From positions 25,698-89,697 of the forward strand of contig CANQBL010000002.1 of the NCBI GenBank assembly GCA_947589105.1: DNA of 64,000 nt, in the 5' to 3' direction. Positions 18,101 through 29,266 of this stretch are shown one piece after another. The notes beneath the pieces were generated by a model. It saw nothing but the letters and a program-made list of their open reading frames with translations, ran no database searches and was not told where the DNA came from. The number at the start of each line of letters is the position of its first letter. Position 1 is the stretch's first letter. The position numbers were made by a program, and so were the translations under genes. The stretch comes from an uncultured Bacilli bacterium (GTDB lineage: Bacteria; Bacillota_I; Bacilli_A; RF39; UBA660).

Positions 18101-20296
18101 ATGGAAAAAAGAATATTTGAAACAGAATTTAGAGGAAAAAATTTAACTGTAGAAATAGGGGAACTTGCAAAACAAGCACATGGTGCAGTACTTGTAAGGT
18201 ATGGAGATACTGTTGTTTTATCAACCGTATGTGTAAGTAAAACGGCTAATGTTTTATCTGATTTTTTCCCACTTATGGTTTTATATCAAGAAAAGTTATA
18301 TTCAGTAGGTAAAATACCAGGGGGATTTATTAAAAGGGAAGGAAGACCAACGGAAAATGCAACTTTAGCAGCTCGCATGATTGATAGACCAATGCGTCCT
18401 TTATTTCCTGAAAACTTTAGAAATGAAGTACAAATAGTTAATACAGTATTATCGGTAGATCCTGACAATTCACCAGAATTAGCAGCTATGTTTGGCTCAT
18501 CTCTTGCAACTTGTATTAGTAAGGTGCCATTTGATGGTCCGATTGCAGGAGTTAAGGTAGGAAGAGTTGATGGACAATTAGTAATTAATCCAAGTATTGA
18601 ACAAATTGATGCAAGTGATATAGATTTAATTGTTGCAGGAACAAAAGATGCTATTAACATGGTTGAGGCAGGAGCTAAAGAAGTATCTGAAGAAGATATG
18701 TTACAAGCTCTTATGTTTGGTCATGAAGCAGTAAAAGAACTTATTAAGTTTGAAGAAAAAATAATTAAAGAAGTTGGACAAGAAAAAATGGAATATGAAG
18801 TTCTTGAAATAACTGATGAACTTCGTGAAGAAATATATGGGCTTGCAAAGGATCCTTTTGATAAAGCAATGCGCATTAAAGATAAACTAGAAAAATATGA
18901 AGCCATTGATAAAGTAAAAGAAGAAGTTGTTGCTAAGTTTGAGTATGAAAACGAAGCCTTGGATAAAGAAGAACTTAACGAGTTAATAACAAAGGTAAAA
19001 TTATGTTTATCTGAAGTAGAATACGAAGTATTTAGGAAAATTGTTGTTAAGGAAAAAAAGCGTGCTGATGGTAGAAAAATGACCGAAATAAGACCTCTTT
19101 CAACAGATATAGATTTACTTCCAAGAACTCATGGTTCAGCATTATTTACCCGTGGTGAAACACAAAGTTTATCAGTTGTAACATTAGGTGCTTTAGGAGA
19201 ACATCAAATAATAGATGGACTTTCCCCAGAAGATCAAAAAAGGTTTATGTTACATTATAACTTTCCTCAATTTTCGGTTGGTGAAACGGGAAGATATGGA
19301 GCTCCAGGACGTCGTGAAATAGGTCATGGTGCATTAGGTGAGAGGGCACTTTTACAAGTTATTCCATCCGAAGAAGAATTTCCATATACTATTCGTGTTG
19401 TATCAGAAATATTAGAATCAAATGGTTCTTCATCTCAGGCTTCTATTTGTGCTGGTTGTATGGCTTTAATGGCTGCTGGTGTTCCGATTAAAGCACCTGT
19501 AGCAGGAATCGCAATGGGTCTTATTACTGATGGTGATGATTATACGATTTTAACTGATATTCAAGGTATGGAAGATCATTTAGGAGACATGGACTTTAAA
19601 GTTGCAGGAACAAAAGATGGAATTTGTGCCCTTCAAATGGATATTAAAATTAAAGGTATAACTAAAGAGATATTAAAAGAAGCTCTAGCACAAGCTAAAA
19701 AAGCTAGACTTGAAATATTAAAAGTAATTGCTAAACAAATAAAAGAGCCTAGAAGCGAAGTTAGTAAGTATGCTCCAAAAACCCTTACCTTTACAATTGA
19801 TCCTACCAAAATAAAAGATGTTATTGGAAAAGGCGGAGAAATGATAACAAAAATTATTCTTGAAGCTTCAAACGTAGAAACTGTAACTGATATGAACGCG
19901 GTAAAAGTTGATATAGAAGAAGATGGTAGGGTAATTATTTATCATACTGATAAAGATATAATTGAAAAAACTGCCCAAATGATTAAAAACGTAGTAAAAG
20001 AAGTTGAAGTAGGTAAAATATATACAGGAAAAGTTGTTAAAGTAATTGATGAATTGGGTTGCTTCGTAGAGTTATGGGAAGGCTGTGAAGGTTTAGTTCA
20101 TATCTCTCAATTATCTGATAAGAGGGTAGAAAAAACAACGGATGTTGTTTCTGTTGGAGATGAAATAATTGTTAAAGCAATAGGATTTAAAAATGGAAAA
20201 CTTAACTTATCTAGAAAAGAAGCTTTAGTTAAAGATAAAATAAATGATGAAAATATTTCAAAAAAAGAAACTAACAAAAAGGAGAAAACAGAGTAA
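18101..20296 (+). CDS. pnp: Polyribonucleotide nucleotidyltransferase (PNPase)
   Basis: 731 aa with two RNase PH domains, a KH domain and an S1 domain. Confidence 0.95.
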   Translation: MEKRIFETEFRGKNLTVEIGELAKQAHGAVLVRYGDTVVLSTVCVSKTANVLSDFFPLMVLYQEKLYSVGKIPGGFIKREGRPTENATLAARMIDRPMRPLFPENFRNEVQIVNTVLSVDPDNSPELAAMFGSSLATCISKVPFDGPIAGVKVGRVDGQLVINPSIEQIDASDIDLIVAGTKDAINMVEAGAKEVSEEDMLQALMFGHEAVKELIKFEEKIIKEVGQEKMEYEVLEITDELREEIYGLAKDPFDKAMRIKDKLEKYEAIDKVKEEVVAKFEYENEALDKEELNELITKVKLCLSEVEYEVFRKIVVKEKKRADGRKMTEIRPLSTDIDLLPRTHGSALFTRGETQSLSVVTLGALGEHQIIDGLSPEDQKRFMLHYNFPQFSVGETGRYGAPGRREIGHGALGERALLQVIPSEEEFPYTIRVVSEILESNGSSSQASICAGCMALMAAGVPIKAPVAGIAMGLITDGDDYTILTDIQGMEDHLGDMDFKVAGTKDGICALQMDIKIKGITKEILKEALAQAKKARLEILKVIAKQIKEPRSEVSKYAPKTLTFTIDPTKIKDVIGKGGEMITKIILEASNVETVTDMNAVKVDIEEDGRVIIYHTDKDIIEKTAQMIKNVVKEVEVGKIYTGKVVKVIDELGCFVELWEGCEGLVHISQLSDKRVEKTTDVVSVGDEIIVKAIGFKNGKLNLSRKEALVKDKINDENISKKETNKKEKTE

Positions 20297-20492
20297 TAGT
20301 TTTCTTCTTTTTAAATTATCTAAAGCTTATTTTAATGTTTATAAAATAGTTATCATTTTGTTTGTTTATTATAATTTATAGATACTAAGTTTATTTAGAA
20401 GATGTTAACTATAATACAAATATAAAACTGGTTTAATTAATAAAAGCCGTGGATCAATATTTTAATTGTATAGAATTAAAGTAAAATTAAAA

Positions 20493-20527
20493 GGACTGTC
20501 ACCTGTTCAATTTAGGTTACAATCCTT
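20493..20527 (-). terminator. Probable terminator of the minus-strand RNase J gene
   Basis: Imperfect hairpin AGGACTGT...ACAATCCT, followed on the minus strand by a T-rich tract. Confidence 0.4.
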
Positions 20528-20571
20528 AAATAATAAGCTGCTAAATTTTTGTTTTTCCGTTTTTTAAATTC

Positions 20572-22251
20572 TTATTTTTTTACATCTAATATTACTGGTA
20601 ATATAATTGGTCTTCTACCTGTTTTATCATAAACAAAAGTTAATAAATTACTTATTATTTGTCCTTTTAATTCATTAAAATTTAAGTTATTCTTTGTTAA
20701 TTCTTTATTTACGATATTTGTTGCAACATCTTCGATTTGTTTTAATAATTCTTCGTTTTCATTTACTAAAATAAAACCCCTTGTGGTTATATTTATTTTA
20801 CCTAATAACTGATGGGTATCCATGTTAATGTTACATATAGCCACTAATATACCATCATTTGCCATTATTTTTCTATCTCTTATAACAACGTTTCCAATAT
20901 CACCAATACGATTTCCATCAACGTATATGTCATCTGCACCTACGTTTCCAACTTTTCGTACTTCTTTTTTATTTAAAGCTAAAACGTCACCATTTTCAAG
21001 TAAAAATGTTTTTTCTTTTGGAATTCCACAGTCAATAGCTATATCTTGGTGAGCCTTAAGCATTCTATATTCGCCATGTATTGGCATAAAATATTCTGGT
21101 TTCAATAACCTTATCATTAATTTTAATTCTTCTTGATTGGCGTGTCCAGACGTATGAATTTCGTTTTCTGAATTGTTAACGAAAACTTCAACCCCCTGTA
21201 AATATAAAGCGTTAATTGTTTTTGCAACACTAGCATTATTTCCAGGAATTGGGTTAGAAGAAAAAATAACGGTATCCGTAGGTCTTAATTTTATTTGTTT
21301 ATGTGTGCCATTTGCAATTCTTGATAAAGCTGCAAGTGGTTCACCTTGAGACCCTGTACAAAGTAAGCATACTTCTTCTGGTGGAAGAGTATTAGCAATT
21401 TCAGGTGATACAAATATCTTATCATCTTTTATATAACCACCTTCAATTGATATTTCTATATTATTTTCCATACTTCTACCAAATAAAGCTATTTTACGAT
21501 TGTTTTTTTTGCATGTTTCAACGATATGTTTTAGTCTATATATATTTGATGCAAAAGTAGCTACTATTATTCTACCTTTTTTCTTTTCGAATATTTCTTG
21601 TAATTCTTCTTCAACTTTTGATTCACTTAAGGAAAAACCTGGCGATAAAGCATTTGTTGATTCACTCATTAATAATCTAACTCCAGATTTTCCAGTATCA
21701 GACATTTTATGAATGTTACTCATTGGACCAATAGGTGTTAAATCAAATTTAAAATCACCAGTTTCAACTATTTTCCCGTTTGGTGTATTTATTATAATAC
21801 CATGAGAATCTGGTATTGAGTGGGTAGTTGCAAAAAACTCAACTGCTAGATGTTTAAATTTGACTTTAGTATCTTCATTATAAACTTTTAAGTTATCATA
21901 ACTTATATTTCTATCTAAAAGTTTTCTTTTAATTAAGCCACAAGCTTGATTTGGAGCATATATATAAGGAATTTTTACGGTTTGTAGCAAAAATGAAATT
22001 CCTCCAATATGATCCTCGTGACCGTGGGTAATGAATAAAGCTTTTATTTTTTCTTCGTTTTTCTTAAGAAAAGAAAAATCTGGAATTACATAATCTATTC
22101 CCATTAAATCGTTTTTAGGAAACATTACTCCTGCATCGATTATAATAATTTCATCATCGTGCATAATTGCGTACATGTTTTTTCCGACTTCTCCTAAACC
22201 TCCTAGTGCAACGACTAGTGTTTCTGCACGATTAGTATCAAAAATTTTCAT
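20572..22251 (-). CDS. rnj: Ribonuclease J (metallo-beta-lactamase/beta-CASP)
   Basis: 559 aa; HGHEDHIGG motif, beta-CASP and C-terminal domain; RNase J family architecture. Confidence 0.9.
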   Translation of the reverse strand: MKIFDTNRAETLVVALGGLGEVGKNMYAIMHDDEIIIIDAGVMFPKNDLMGIDYVIPDFSFLKKNEEKIKALFITHGHEDHIGGISFLLQTVKIPYIYAPNQACGLIKRKLLDRNISYDNLKVYNEDTKVKFKHLAVEFFATTHSIPDSHGIIINTPNGKIVETGDFKFDLTPIGPMSNIHKMSDTGKSGVRLLMSESTNALSPGFSLSESKVEEELQEIFEKKKGRIIVATFASNIYRLKHIVETCKKNNRKIALFGRSMENNIEISIEGGYIKDDKIFVSPEIANTLPPEEVCLLCTGSQGEPLAALSRIANGTHKQIKLRPTDTVIFSSNPIPGNNASVAKTINALYLQGVEVFVNNSENEIHTSGHANQEELKLMIRLLKPEYFMPIHGEYRMLKAHQDIAIDCGIPKEKTFLLENGDVLALNKKEVRKVGNVGADDIYVDGNRIGDIGNVVIRDRKIMANDGILVAICNINMDTHQLLGKINITTRGFILVNENEELLKQIEDVATNIVNKELTKNNLNFNELKGQIISNLLTFVYDKTGRRPIILPVILDVKK

Positions 22252-22373
22252 TTATTTTTTTAAACTCCTTTCTTTTTGGTTAATAATTAAAAAAGAATTA
22301 ACGAATAAAATTATACTATTTTTTTGAACTTTTGTCTATTGTTTGATATAATGTTAACAGGAGGATAATCTAT

Positions 22374-23336
22374 ATGAGTCAAATAGGTAAAAGTAAATTA
22401 TTTAATAGTGCCTTAAGTAAGCTTTCAGAGCAAGACTTTAAAGCAAGAGCAATAGTTTCATATAATAAGCAATTAGATGGAGTTACTAATTCAATTAAAA
22501 GAGGTGAATTAGATAAAGAAGCATTAAGAAAATTAGGAGATTCATATAATTATTTGACAAAAATATATATTGAAACTTTAAAAGAAGATTATAATAAGGT
22601 AGAAGATAAATCAAATTTTAATGATTTAACAGCATTATATATATTAAATAATTTTACAAAGTTATGTCCAAGTAAAATATTATTACCTTATTATGAAAGA
22701 TTATCTTTTTTAAGAAAACAATTAGAAAAAGAGTTTGATATAGAACTACAATTAGGAATTATGCTAAGAGCAAGTTTAATTATTAATAGATTTTCTAAAA
22801 TACAAAGAAAAGATGCTATTGAAAAGTTTGTTAAAATGTTAGAAAATTCAAAAGAATTTGATAGTAATATTTTATACATTATATATTTTGGTTTATTTGA
22901 TGGAACAATAAATAATAGCCTTATTTTAGATAAAGAAGAAATAATAAATAATCATGAGATAGCTTGGGAACTTTTAAATAATACAGAAAACTTACCGGAT
23001 AGTATAATAAAAGAATTATGCGTAGATAAACAGTTTGAAAATGTTAAACCTCAAATAGTAATATTTATTATGAATTTATTTTTTATGTTTAGAGTGTTTC
23101 CAAAATTACCAGATGATGATATGTTAGATATAATACAAAAAATATTTAACAATAACGTTAGGAATTTTAATAGTAAAGCGGAGTTTTTAGATTTGCAAAA
23201 ACTTATTGAAAAAGTTGAACGAACTTTTTCAAAGGTAAATCTAAGTGATGAATTTACGAATTATTTTGTTGAGATTGTAAATGGATTAGAAGTTTTAGAT
23301 AGAAAGGAAGAAAGTAAAAACTATGGGTCTTTTTAG
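22374..23336 (+). CDS. Hypothetical protein (overlaps ftsY start by 14 nt)
   Basis: 320 aa with a strong RBS (AGGAGGATAATCTAT-ATG). No family recognised. It sits where smc normally precedes ftsY. Confidence 0.5.
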   Translation: MSQIGKSKLFNSALSKLSEQDFKARAIVSYNKQLDGVTNSIKRGELDKEALRKLGDSYNYLTKIYIETLKEDYNKVEDKSNFNDLTALYILNNFTKLCPSKILLPYYERLSFLRKQLEKEFDIELQLGIMLRASLIINRFSKIQRKDAIEKFVKMLENSKEFDSNILYIIYFGLFDGTINNSLILDKEEIINNHEIAWELLNNTENLPDSIIKELCVDKQFENVKPQIVIFIMNLFFMFRVFPKLPDDDMLDIIQKIFNNNVRNFNSKAEFLDLQKLIEKVERTFSKVNLSDEFTNYFVEIVNGLEVLDRKEESKNYGSF

Positions 23337-24294
23337 TAAAATAAAACAAACTTTTAAAAAAGAAGATAAAACAATATTAACTTATGAAAAGGGACTTTCA
23401 AAAACAAGAAAAAATTTTGTTAATAAATTAGCTAATCTTTCTAAAGAGTATGATGAGATAAATGATAATTATTTTGAAGAGTTAGAAGAATTACTTATTA
23501 ACGCTGATATTGGTGTTAATACGGTAATTAATTTCATGGACAAATTACAACTTAGGGTATCTAAGGAAAAAATAACTGATCCTAAAACATTAACCGAAAT
23601 AATAGTTGATGAGTTATTTATAATATATGTTAATGAAGAAATTTTATCAAATAAAATAAATTATAATTCAAACGGACCTACCGTTATTTTGTTTGTTGGA
23701 GTAAATGGAGTAGGAAAAACAACAACGATTGCTAAACTTGCGTCTAAGTTTAAAAAAGAAGGAAAAAAAGTTTTACTTGTAGCAGCGGATACTTTTAGAG
23801 CGGGAGCGGTAGAACAACTTATTTCTTGGGGAGAAAAAACTGGTTGCGAGGTAGTAAGTGATTTAAATACAACTGATCCAGCTAGTGTTGTTTATAAAGG
23901 ATTAGAAAAGGCAGTAAATGATAATTATGATATGGTATTAATAGACACGGCTGGTAGACTTCAAAATAAAATTAATCTGATGAAAGAACTAGAAAAAATA
24001 AATAGCGTTGGCAATAAAATTATACCAAAAGCTCCACATGAAACATTTTTAGTAATAGATGCTACAACTGGACAAAATGGTATTAGTCAAGCAAAGGCTT
24101 TTAAAGAAATAACTAACTTAACTGGAATTATTTTAACAAAGTTAGATGGTACTGCAAAAGGTGGTATTGTTCTTGCAATAAAAGATGAAGTAGGAGTGCC
24201 TGTTAGATATATTGGATTAGGGGAAAAACAAGAGGATTTACAAACTTTTGATATAGAAAAATATATATATGGTTTATTTAAGGAAATGATGTAA
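23323..24294 (+). CDS. ftsY: Signal recognition particle receptor FtsY
   Basis: NG domain: GVNGVGKTTT, DTAGR, TKLDG. Short N-terminal region. Confidence 0.9.
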   Translation: MGLFSKIKQTFKKEDKTILTYEKGLSKTRKNFVNKLANLSKEYDEINDNYFEELEELLINADIGVNTVINFMDKLQLRVSKEKITDPKTLTEIIVDELFIIYVNEEILSNKINYNSNGPTVILFVGVNGVGKTTTIAKLASKFKKEGKKVLLVAADTFRAGAVEQLISWGEKTGCEVVSDLNTTDPASVVYKGLEKAVNDNYDMVLIDTAGRLQNKINLMKELEKINSVGNKIIPKAPHETFLVIDATTGQNGISQAKAFKEITNLTGIILTKLDGTAKGGIVLAIKDEVGVPVRYIGLGEKQEDLQTFDIEKYIYGLFKEMM

Positions 24295-24295
24295 T

Positions 24296-24592
24296 ATGGT
24301 AGATAGAAATAATTTAATTATTTTATATGATTATTATGGAGAATTATTAAACGATGATAATAGAAAGTATTTTGAAGAATATTATTTTGATAATTTATCA
24401 TTAGGAGAGATTGCAGAAAATAGTGGTATTAGTCGTAACGCGGTTCATAAACATATTAAAAGTACCGAAAGTAAACTTTTATTTTATGAAGAAAAATTAA
24501 AACTTCTTGAAAAAGAAAAAAAACTTAAAATAATTATAAGTAAACTAAAAGATGAAAAATTAAAGGTAGAAATAGAAAAAATATTTGATTAA
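24296..24592 (+). CDS. ylxM: YlxM/UPF0122 family putative DNA-binding protein
   Basis: 98 aa with a sigma-70 region-4-like HTH (LSLGEIAENSGISRNAVHKHIK), upstream of ffh as in Bacilli and Clostridia. Confidence 0.8.
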   Translation: MVDRNNLIILYDYYGELLNDDNRKYFEEYYFDNLSLGEIAENSGISRNAVHKHIKSTESKLLFYEEKLKLLEKEKKLKIIISKLKDEKLKVEIEKIFD

Positions 24593-24603
24593 GGTGATTA
24601 AAA

Positions 24604-25911
24604 ATGTTTGAAAGTTTAACTGAAAAACTAGAAAAAGCAATAAGTAAAATAAAAGGTTATGGGATTATAACCGAGGAAAATATATCTGAGGCAATGCGGG
24701 ACGTAAGGCTTGCTTTGTTAGAAGCTGATGTTAATTATAAGGTGGTAAAAGAATTTACTAATAAAGTTAAGGAAAAAGCTCTTGGAGAAGAGGTTAAAAA
24801 ATCTTTAAAACCTGGAGATGTTTTTCTTAAAATTCTAAAAGATGAACTATTAAGTTTATTAGGTAATGATAAAGCTGAACTTTCCTTAAATAATAATCCT
24901 TCTATTATTATGTTAGTTGGTCTTCAAGGAAGTGGTAAGACAACTACCATTGGTAAATTAGGAAATTTACTTAGGAAGAAAAAATCTAAAAAACCTATTT
25001 TTATAGCAGCGGATGTTTATCGTCCAGCAGCGATAGATCAACTTAAAACAATTGGTAAAGAACTTAATATTGAGGTTTATGAAGAAGGACAAGCTGATGC
25101 GGTAAAGATAGTAGAAAATGGCGTTAATTACGCTAAAAAAAATGGTTATGACGTAGTTTTAATAGACACTGCAGGAAGACTTCATGTTGATGATGAGTTA
25201 ATGCAAGAGCTTAAAAACATTGTTGAAAAAGTAAGGCCTAATGAAATAATTTTGGTTATTGATGCAATGATAGGTCAAGATGCAATAAATGTAATTACTG
25301 GTTTTAATGATAAATTATCTCTTACTGGAACTATTTTAAGTAAAATGGATGGAGATACCAAAGGTGGGGTTGCGTTATCTTTAAAACATCTAACGGGAGT
25401 TCCTATTAAGTTTATTGGTACTTCTGAGAAATTGGATGGATTAGATGAATTTAATCCCGAAAGAATGGTTTCTAGGATTTTAGGAAACGGGGATATTATG
25501 TCAATAATAGAAAAAGCTGAAAGCGTTATTGATGAAAAAGAAGCTATGTCAACCGTTAAAAAAATACAATCTGGGAAAATGGATTTAGAAGACTTTCTTT
25601 CTCAATTAAAACAAATAAAAAAATTAGGACCATTAGAAAATTTGATAAAGCTACTTCCGGGAGCAAGAAAACTAGGATTAAATAACATAAGTATTGATCC
25701 TAAGGAGTTTACTAAATTAGAAGCTATAATATCATCAATGACAAAAAAAGAAAGGCAACATCCAGATATTATAAAAGCCTCTAGAAAGCAAAGAATAGCA
25801 AGTGGTAGTGGGACATCTGTTCAAGATGTAAATAAATTATTAACTCAATTTGAACAAATGCAAAAAATGATGAAGATGATGAAAAACGGAAATTTTAAGA
25901 TGCCTTTTTAA
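24604..25911 (+). CDS. ffh: Signal recognition particle protein Ffh (SRP54)
   Basis: NG domain (GLQGSGKTTT, DTAGR) plus a Met-rich M domain (QMQKMMKMMK). Confidence 0.95.
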   Translation: MFESLTEKLEKAISKIKGYGIITEENISEAMRDVRLALLEADVNYKVVKEFTNKVKEKALGEEVKKSLKPGDVFLKILKDELLSLLGNDKAELSLNNNPSIIMLVGLQGSGKTTTIGKLGNLLRKKKSKKPIFIAADVYRPAAIDQLKTIGKELNIEVYEEGQADAVKIVENGVNYAKKNGYDVVLIDTAGRLHVDDELMQELKNIVEKVRPNEIILVIDAMIGQDAINVITGFNDKLSLTGTILSKMDGDTKGGVALSLKHLTGVPIKFIGTSEKLDGLDEFNPERMVSRILGNGDIMSIIEKAESVIDEKEAMSTVKKIQSGKMDLEDFLSQLKQIKKLGPLENLIKLLPGARKLGLNNISIDPKEFTKLEAIISSMTKKERQHPDIIKASRKQRIASGSGTSVQDVNKLLTQFEQMQKMMKMMKNGNFKMPF

Positions 25912-25959
25912 AAGTAAAACCCAATTTATTAGTAAAAATTATTAATGTTTGGCAAAGAC

Positions 25960-25992
25960 CTATTCAAACATTTAAAACTCTCATACTATAAA
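25960..25992 (+). promoter_or_regulatory. Candidate mother-cell sigma (sigmaE/sigmaK-type) promoter for the cotD-like gene
   Basis: -10-like element CATACTATA (compare sigmaK CATAnnnTA and sigmaE CATACAnT), about 20 nt upstream of the RBS, with an AC dinucleotide about 17 nt further upstream. Confidence 0.3.
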
Positions 25993-26012
25993 GTAGGTAA
26001 GGGGGATTTTAA

Positions 26013-26288
26013 ATGTTTTTTAATAATAACAAATGTTGTTGTCAAAACAATTGGCAACAAGAAGGATGCTGTAATCAAGATCCATGCGGATGTGGACCAA
26101 TTATAGAACCAACCATTGAAAGATGTGTAGAAAGAAATATATGTCATCAAGTAGAACATGTTTGTCCTATACACACTAGAGTTATTAATAATCATATAAT
26201 AGAACATACTTATAGACCAGAATATACATGTTCTGAGGAAAATACAGTAACAAACATAGATCCAGGTTGCAGCGGACAAAATTTCTAA
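26013..26288 (+). CDS. Spore coat protein CotD-like
   Basis: 91 aa rich in Cys, His and Gln. IIEPTIERCVERNICHQVEHVCPIHTRVINNHIIEHTY has the H-x-x-H repeat pattern of Bacillus CotD. Chosen over the overlapping minus-strand ORF, which has no RBS. Confidence 0.6.
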   Translation: MFFNNNKCCCQNNWQQEGCCNQDPCGCGPIIEPTIERCVERNICHQVEHVCPIHTRVINNHIIEHTYRPEYTCSEENTVTNIDPGCSGQNF

Positions 26289-26342
26289 AAAAAATTCCTA
26301 ATTAGGAATTTTTTTAATTTTATGATATAATAATTAAGTATC

Positions 26343-26831
26343 ATGGAGGAAGTTATGGAAAGTACTGATAATCCTATAAAAGAACTAATAACCGAAAGAA
26401 TTAATAATTTATTAGGAGAAGAAAATGAAGATTTAAAATACGGTGATTTATTTTTTCCAAAACTTAACACGTTAATTGGAACAGAAGGATGTTTAAAGAT
26501 ATATGAGGGAGAAAATCCAATTAAAGTTTTTGAAACTATTGGATTGTCTAAAGAGGATTATGAATCAATCACATCAATAATTAAACAGGGAAAAAATATT
26601 TCTTTAATGGATGATTCACAGGAAACTCTTAGTGAAATTGATAAAAGAAGTGATGCTTTAATGAGGGGTTATATAGATAAAATAAGAAATTTCAAAATAA
26701 AAAATAGTTCTTTAGAAGAAATAAATAAATTTGATGATGATGTTAAAAACTTTTTTGGTAATAATCCTGTAATATTTACACCTTGCGCAGAATATGAAAA
26801 TAGTTTGGAAAATAAAAATAATGTAAAATAA
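26343..26831 (+). CDS. Hypothetical acidic protein
   Basis: 162 aa, RBS GGAGGAAGTT-ATG. Confidence 0.45.
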   Translation: MEEVMESTDNPIKELITERINNLLGEENEDLKYGDLFFPKLNTLIGTEGCLKIYEGENPIKVFETIGLSKEDYESITSIIKQGKNISLMDDSQETLSEIDKRSDALMRGYIDKIRNFKIKNSSLEEINKFDDDVKNFFGNNPVIFTPCAEYENSLENKNNVK

Positions 26832-26885
26832 TGTACAAACTATTGATATTAATATTACACTAGGTATATACTAATTATAGGGAGT

Positions 26886-27089
26886 GTGATATTAGTGATT
26901 TATCCTTCAATTGATAAACTACTTACCAAGGTAGGTTCAAAGTATTTGTTGGTTCATATTGTTTCAAGAAGAGCTAAAGAAATGGCTGAAAAGGGTCATT
27001 ATCAAATGCCAGAAGGTAAGTATAAATGTGATAAAAATATAGGTAGAGCGCTTGAAGAAGTGATGGAAGACTTAATACAAATTAAATAG
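26886..27089 (+). CDS. rpoZ: DNA-directed RNA polymerase subunit omega
   Basis: YPSIDKLLTKVGSKYLLVHIVSRRAKEM closely matches Firmicute RpoZ (B. subtilis: [28 protein letters not shown]). Confidence 0.85.
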   Translation: MILVIYPSIDKLLTKVGSKYLLVHIVSRRAKEMAEKGHYQMPEGKYKCDKNIGRALEEVMEDLIQIK

Positions 27090-27118
27090 TATTATGTTTT
27101 TTTCTTATGGAGGACTTT

Positions 27119-27892
27119 ATGAAAATATTAAAGTTTAAAAAAATATCTAAAGATAAATATAAAATATATTTAAATAATGGTGATGAAATTACTTTATTTG
27201 ATGAAGTTATAATAAATAATAACTTATTATTAACTAAGGAAATAGATGATAAAAAATTGGATTTATTAATTAATCAAAATAGTATTGTTTATGCTCATCA
27301 GTTATCACTTGGTTTTATTTCTATTAGAATCCGTAGTAAAAAAGAAATAGAAGATTATTTATTAAAAAAGGGTATTTCAAATAAATTAATAGATATTACT
27401 ATTAATAAACTACAAGAAGAAGGTTATTTAAATGACTTTGATTTTTCTAAAGCTTATGTTAATGATCAGATGAAATTATCAAATATAGGGCCTTATAGAA
27501 TAAGAAATAACTTAATTAAATATGGTATATCTGAAAAGATAATAGATGAGATAATGCAAGAAATTGATTATAAAAAAATAATAGAAAAATTATCCAAATT
27601 AATAGAAAAACAAATAAGAATAAAAAAGGGTAGTTCAAACATGATAAAAACTAAATTAGTAAATTATTTTATTAACCTTGGATATGATAAAGACATGATA
27701 TTAAATGTATTATCTAATTATGATATTAAATCTGATAAACAAGAACTTAGACGTGATTATGATAAACTTTATAATAAATATAAAAATAAATATAAAGAAA
27801 GTAAATTAACATATTTCATAGCAGGTAAGCTATATTCTAAAGGTTATACACAAGAGGATATTACAAATGTTATAAAAGAAAATAATTTTTAA
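27119..27892 (+). CDS. RecX-like regulatory protein
   Basis: About 258 aa with three repeated helical modules and an aromatic/K-rich C-terminus. Start placed at the ATG after GGAGG. Identification is by architecture only. Confidence 0.4.
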   Translation: MKILKFKKISKDKYKIYLNNGDEITLFDEVIINNNLLLTKEIDDKKLDLLINQNSIVYAHQLSLGFISIRIRSKKEIEDYLLKKGISNKLIDITINKLQEEGYLNDFDFSKAYVNDQMKLSNIGPYRIRNNLIKYGISEKIIDEIMQEIDYKKIIEKLSKLIEKQIRIKKGSSNMIKTKLVNYFINLGYDKDMILNVLSNYDIKSDKQELRRDYDKLYNKYKNKYKESKLTYFIAGKLYSKGYTQEDITNVIKENNF

Positions 27893-27931
27893 TAAAAAAT
27901 AGTTCATATTGTACGATATGAACTATTTATT

Positions 27932-29167
27932 TTATTCATCACTACTGGTAGTTGTAGTTTTTGTAGATTCTTTTATATAACTATTATAATCACTTTTAAC
28001 TGTTTTATCTTTTATTTTAATATTATATTTTTCTCTTAAAGCAATCATTGCTTTAACACTTATATTAGAATCATTTGTTTTTGTTTGCTCAACTAATTTT
28101 TCAATTATTGTATCTTTTGCTTTATCATAACTAGGTTTTTCTTTTTGTCCAGTTTTCATTATTATATGATATCCATAAGTTGTTTTAACAGGTGTTGTAG
28201 TATACTCATTTACCTCTAATTTATATGCAGCATTCTCAAATTCTTCAACCATATCACCTGTGTTAAAATAACCTAAATCCCCACCATTTTCTTTAGAACC
28301 CTCATCATCTGAATATTCTTTAGCAAGAGAACTAAAATCTTCTCCTTTTTTAATTTTTTCAATGATTTCTTCTGCTTTAGCTTTAGCTTCTTTTTCAGCT
28401 TGTTCTTTTACTTCATCAGTATCATCATCTTCATAACCAAAAGAAATTAATATATGTTTAGCAGAAATATCACCATGAATATTATTTTCATAGTATTCTT
28501 TCATTTCTTTACTAGTTAAATTCTCTTTTATGTAATTTTCAGTAACAAGGGTTAATTTACTATTTTTAATTAATATTTCCTTTAATTCTTTTTCATTTTT
28601 AATTCCGTTGTATTCAAGAAAGGCATTATAATTATCACCATATGTATTTTTGTAATTTTCAATTGTATTTGTAGCTGATTGCTTCATATCATTAGTGGTT
28701 TTATATTCTTTGTTTAATATATAATCATCTATTAAATTTATAGCAACGTTTTGACCGTTTTGTTTTTTTAATTCGGTATATAACTCATTAGCGGTAATTG
28801 TCTTTCCTTTAACACTTACTACTATATCATCACCATTTTTAGTTTTAGTATTTTTAGTTGCAACACATATTAAAATAATTAATAACAACGCTGTTATAAT
28901 AAAACCACATATTACTATTTGTTCTAAAGTTAAGCTATTAAACCATTTTTTAATTTTTGATTCTTTTTTCTTTTCCTTTAGGGTTGGAACCTTAGTATCT
29001 TCAACCTTCTCTTTTTTTATGTCCTCTTTTTTTATTTGCTTTGTTTTAATATTTTTATTATTAACATCTTTTTTTGCATCTTGTTTTTTAGAAGATGTTT
29101 TTTTAGCTATTTCAGTAGTCTTTTTTACATTTTTGTTTTTATTTTCTGTTTTCTTTTTTTCAGCCAT
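27932..29167 (-). CDS. Membrane-anchored parvulin-type peptidyl-prolyl isomerase (PrsA/SurA-like foldase)
   Basis: Lys-rich N-terminus, one TM segment, and a PpiC domain (SAKHILISFGYED...GGDLGYFNTGDMVEEFENAAYKL...GYHIIMK). Confidence 0.75.
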   Translation of the reverse strand: MAEKKKTENKNKNVKKTTEIAKKTSSKKQDAKKDVNNKNIKTKQIKKEDIKKEKVEDTKVPTLKEKKKESKIKKWFNSLTLEQIVICGFIITALLLIILICVATKNTKTKNGDDIVVSVKGKTITANELYTELKKQNGQNVAINLIDDYILNKEYKTTNDMKQSATNTIENYKNTYGDNYNAFLEYNGIKNEKELKEILIKNSKLTLVTENYIKENLTSKEMKEYYENNIHGDISAKHILISFGYEDDDTDEVKEQAEKEAKAKAEEIIEKIKKGEDFSSLAKEYSDDEGSKENGGDLGYFNTGDMVEEFENAAYKLEVNEYTTTPVKTTYGYHIIMKTGQKEKPSYDKAKDTIIEKLVEQTKTNDSNISVKAMIALREKYNIKIKDKTVKSDYNSYIKESTKTTTTSSDE

Positions 29168-29266
29168 TTTAATTTATTCCTCCTATTGATTTATATATAT
29201 CATAGCAAATTATACGTTTTCATGCAACTTTTTTGATAAAGATACTCACACTTTTTAAACAAATAC

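Noticed and set aside
18286-18906. Minus-strand ORFs inside pnp
   Set aside because: Antisense to PNPase; Ser-rich low complexity.
20822-21712. Plus-strand ORFs 20822..21052 and 21500..21712 inside the RNase J gene
   Set aside because: Antisense to a strongly supported rnj reading frame.
25986-26470. Minus-strand ORFs 25986..26279 and 26285..26470
   Set aside because: The plus-strand alternatives have an RBS and, for 26013..26288, recognisable CotD-like sequence. The minus frames are hydrophobic low complexity with no RBS.
29036-29236. 66-aa plus-strand Phe/Leu-rich ORF overlapping the 5' end of the prsA-like gene
   Set aside because: Antisense artefact with no RBS.
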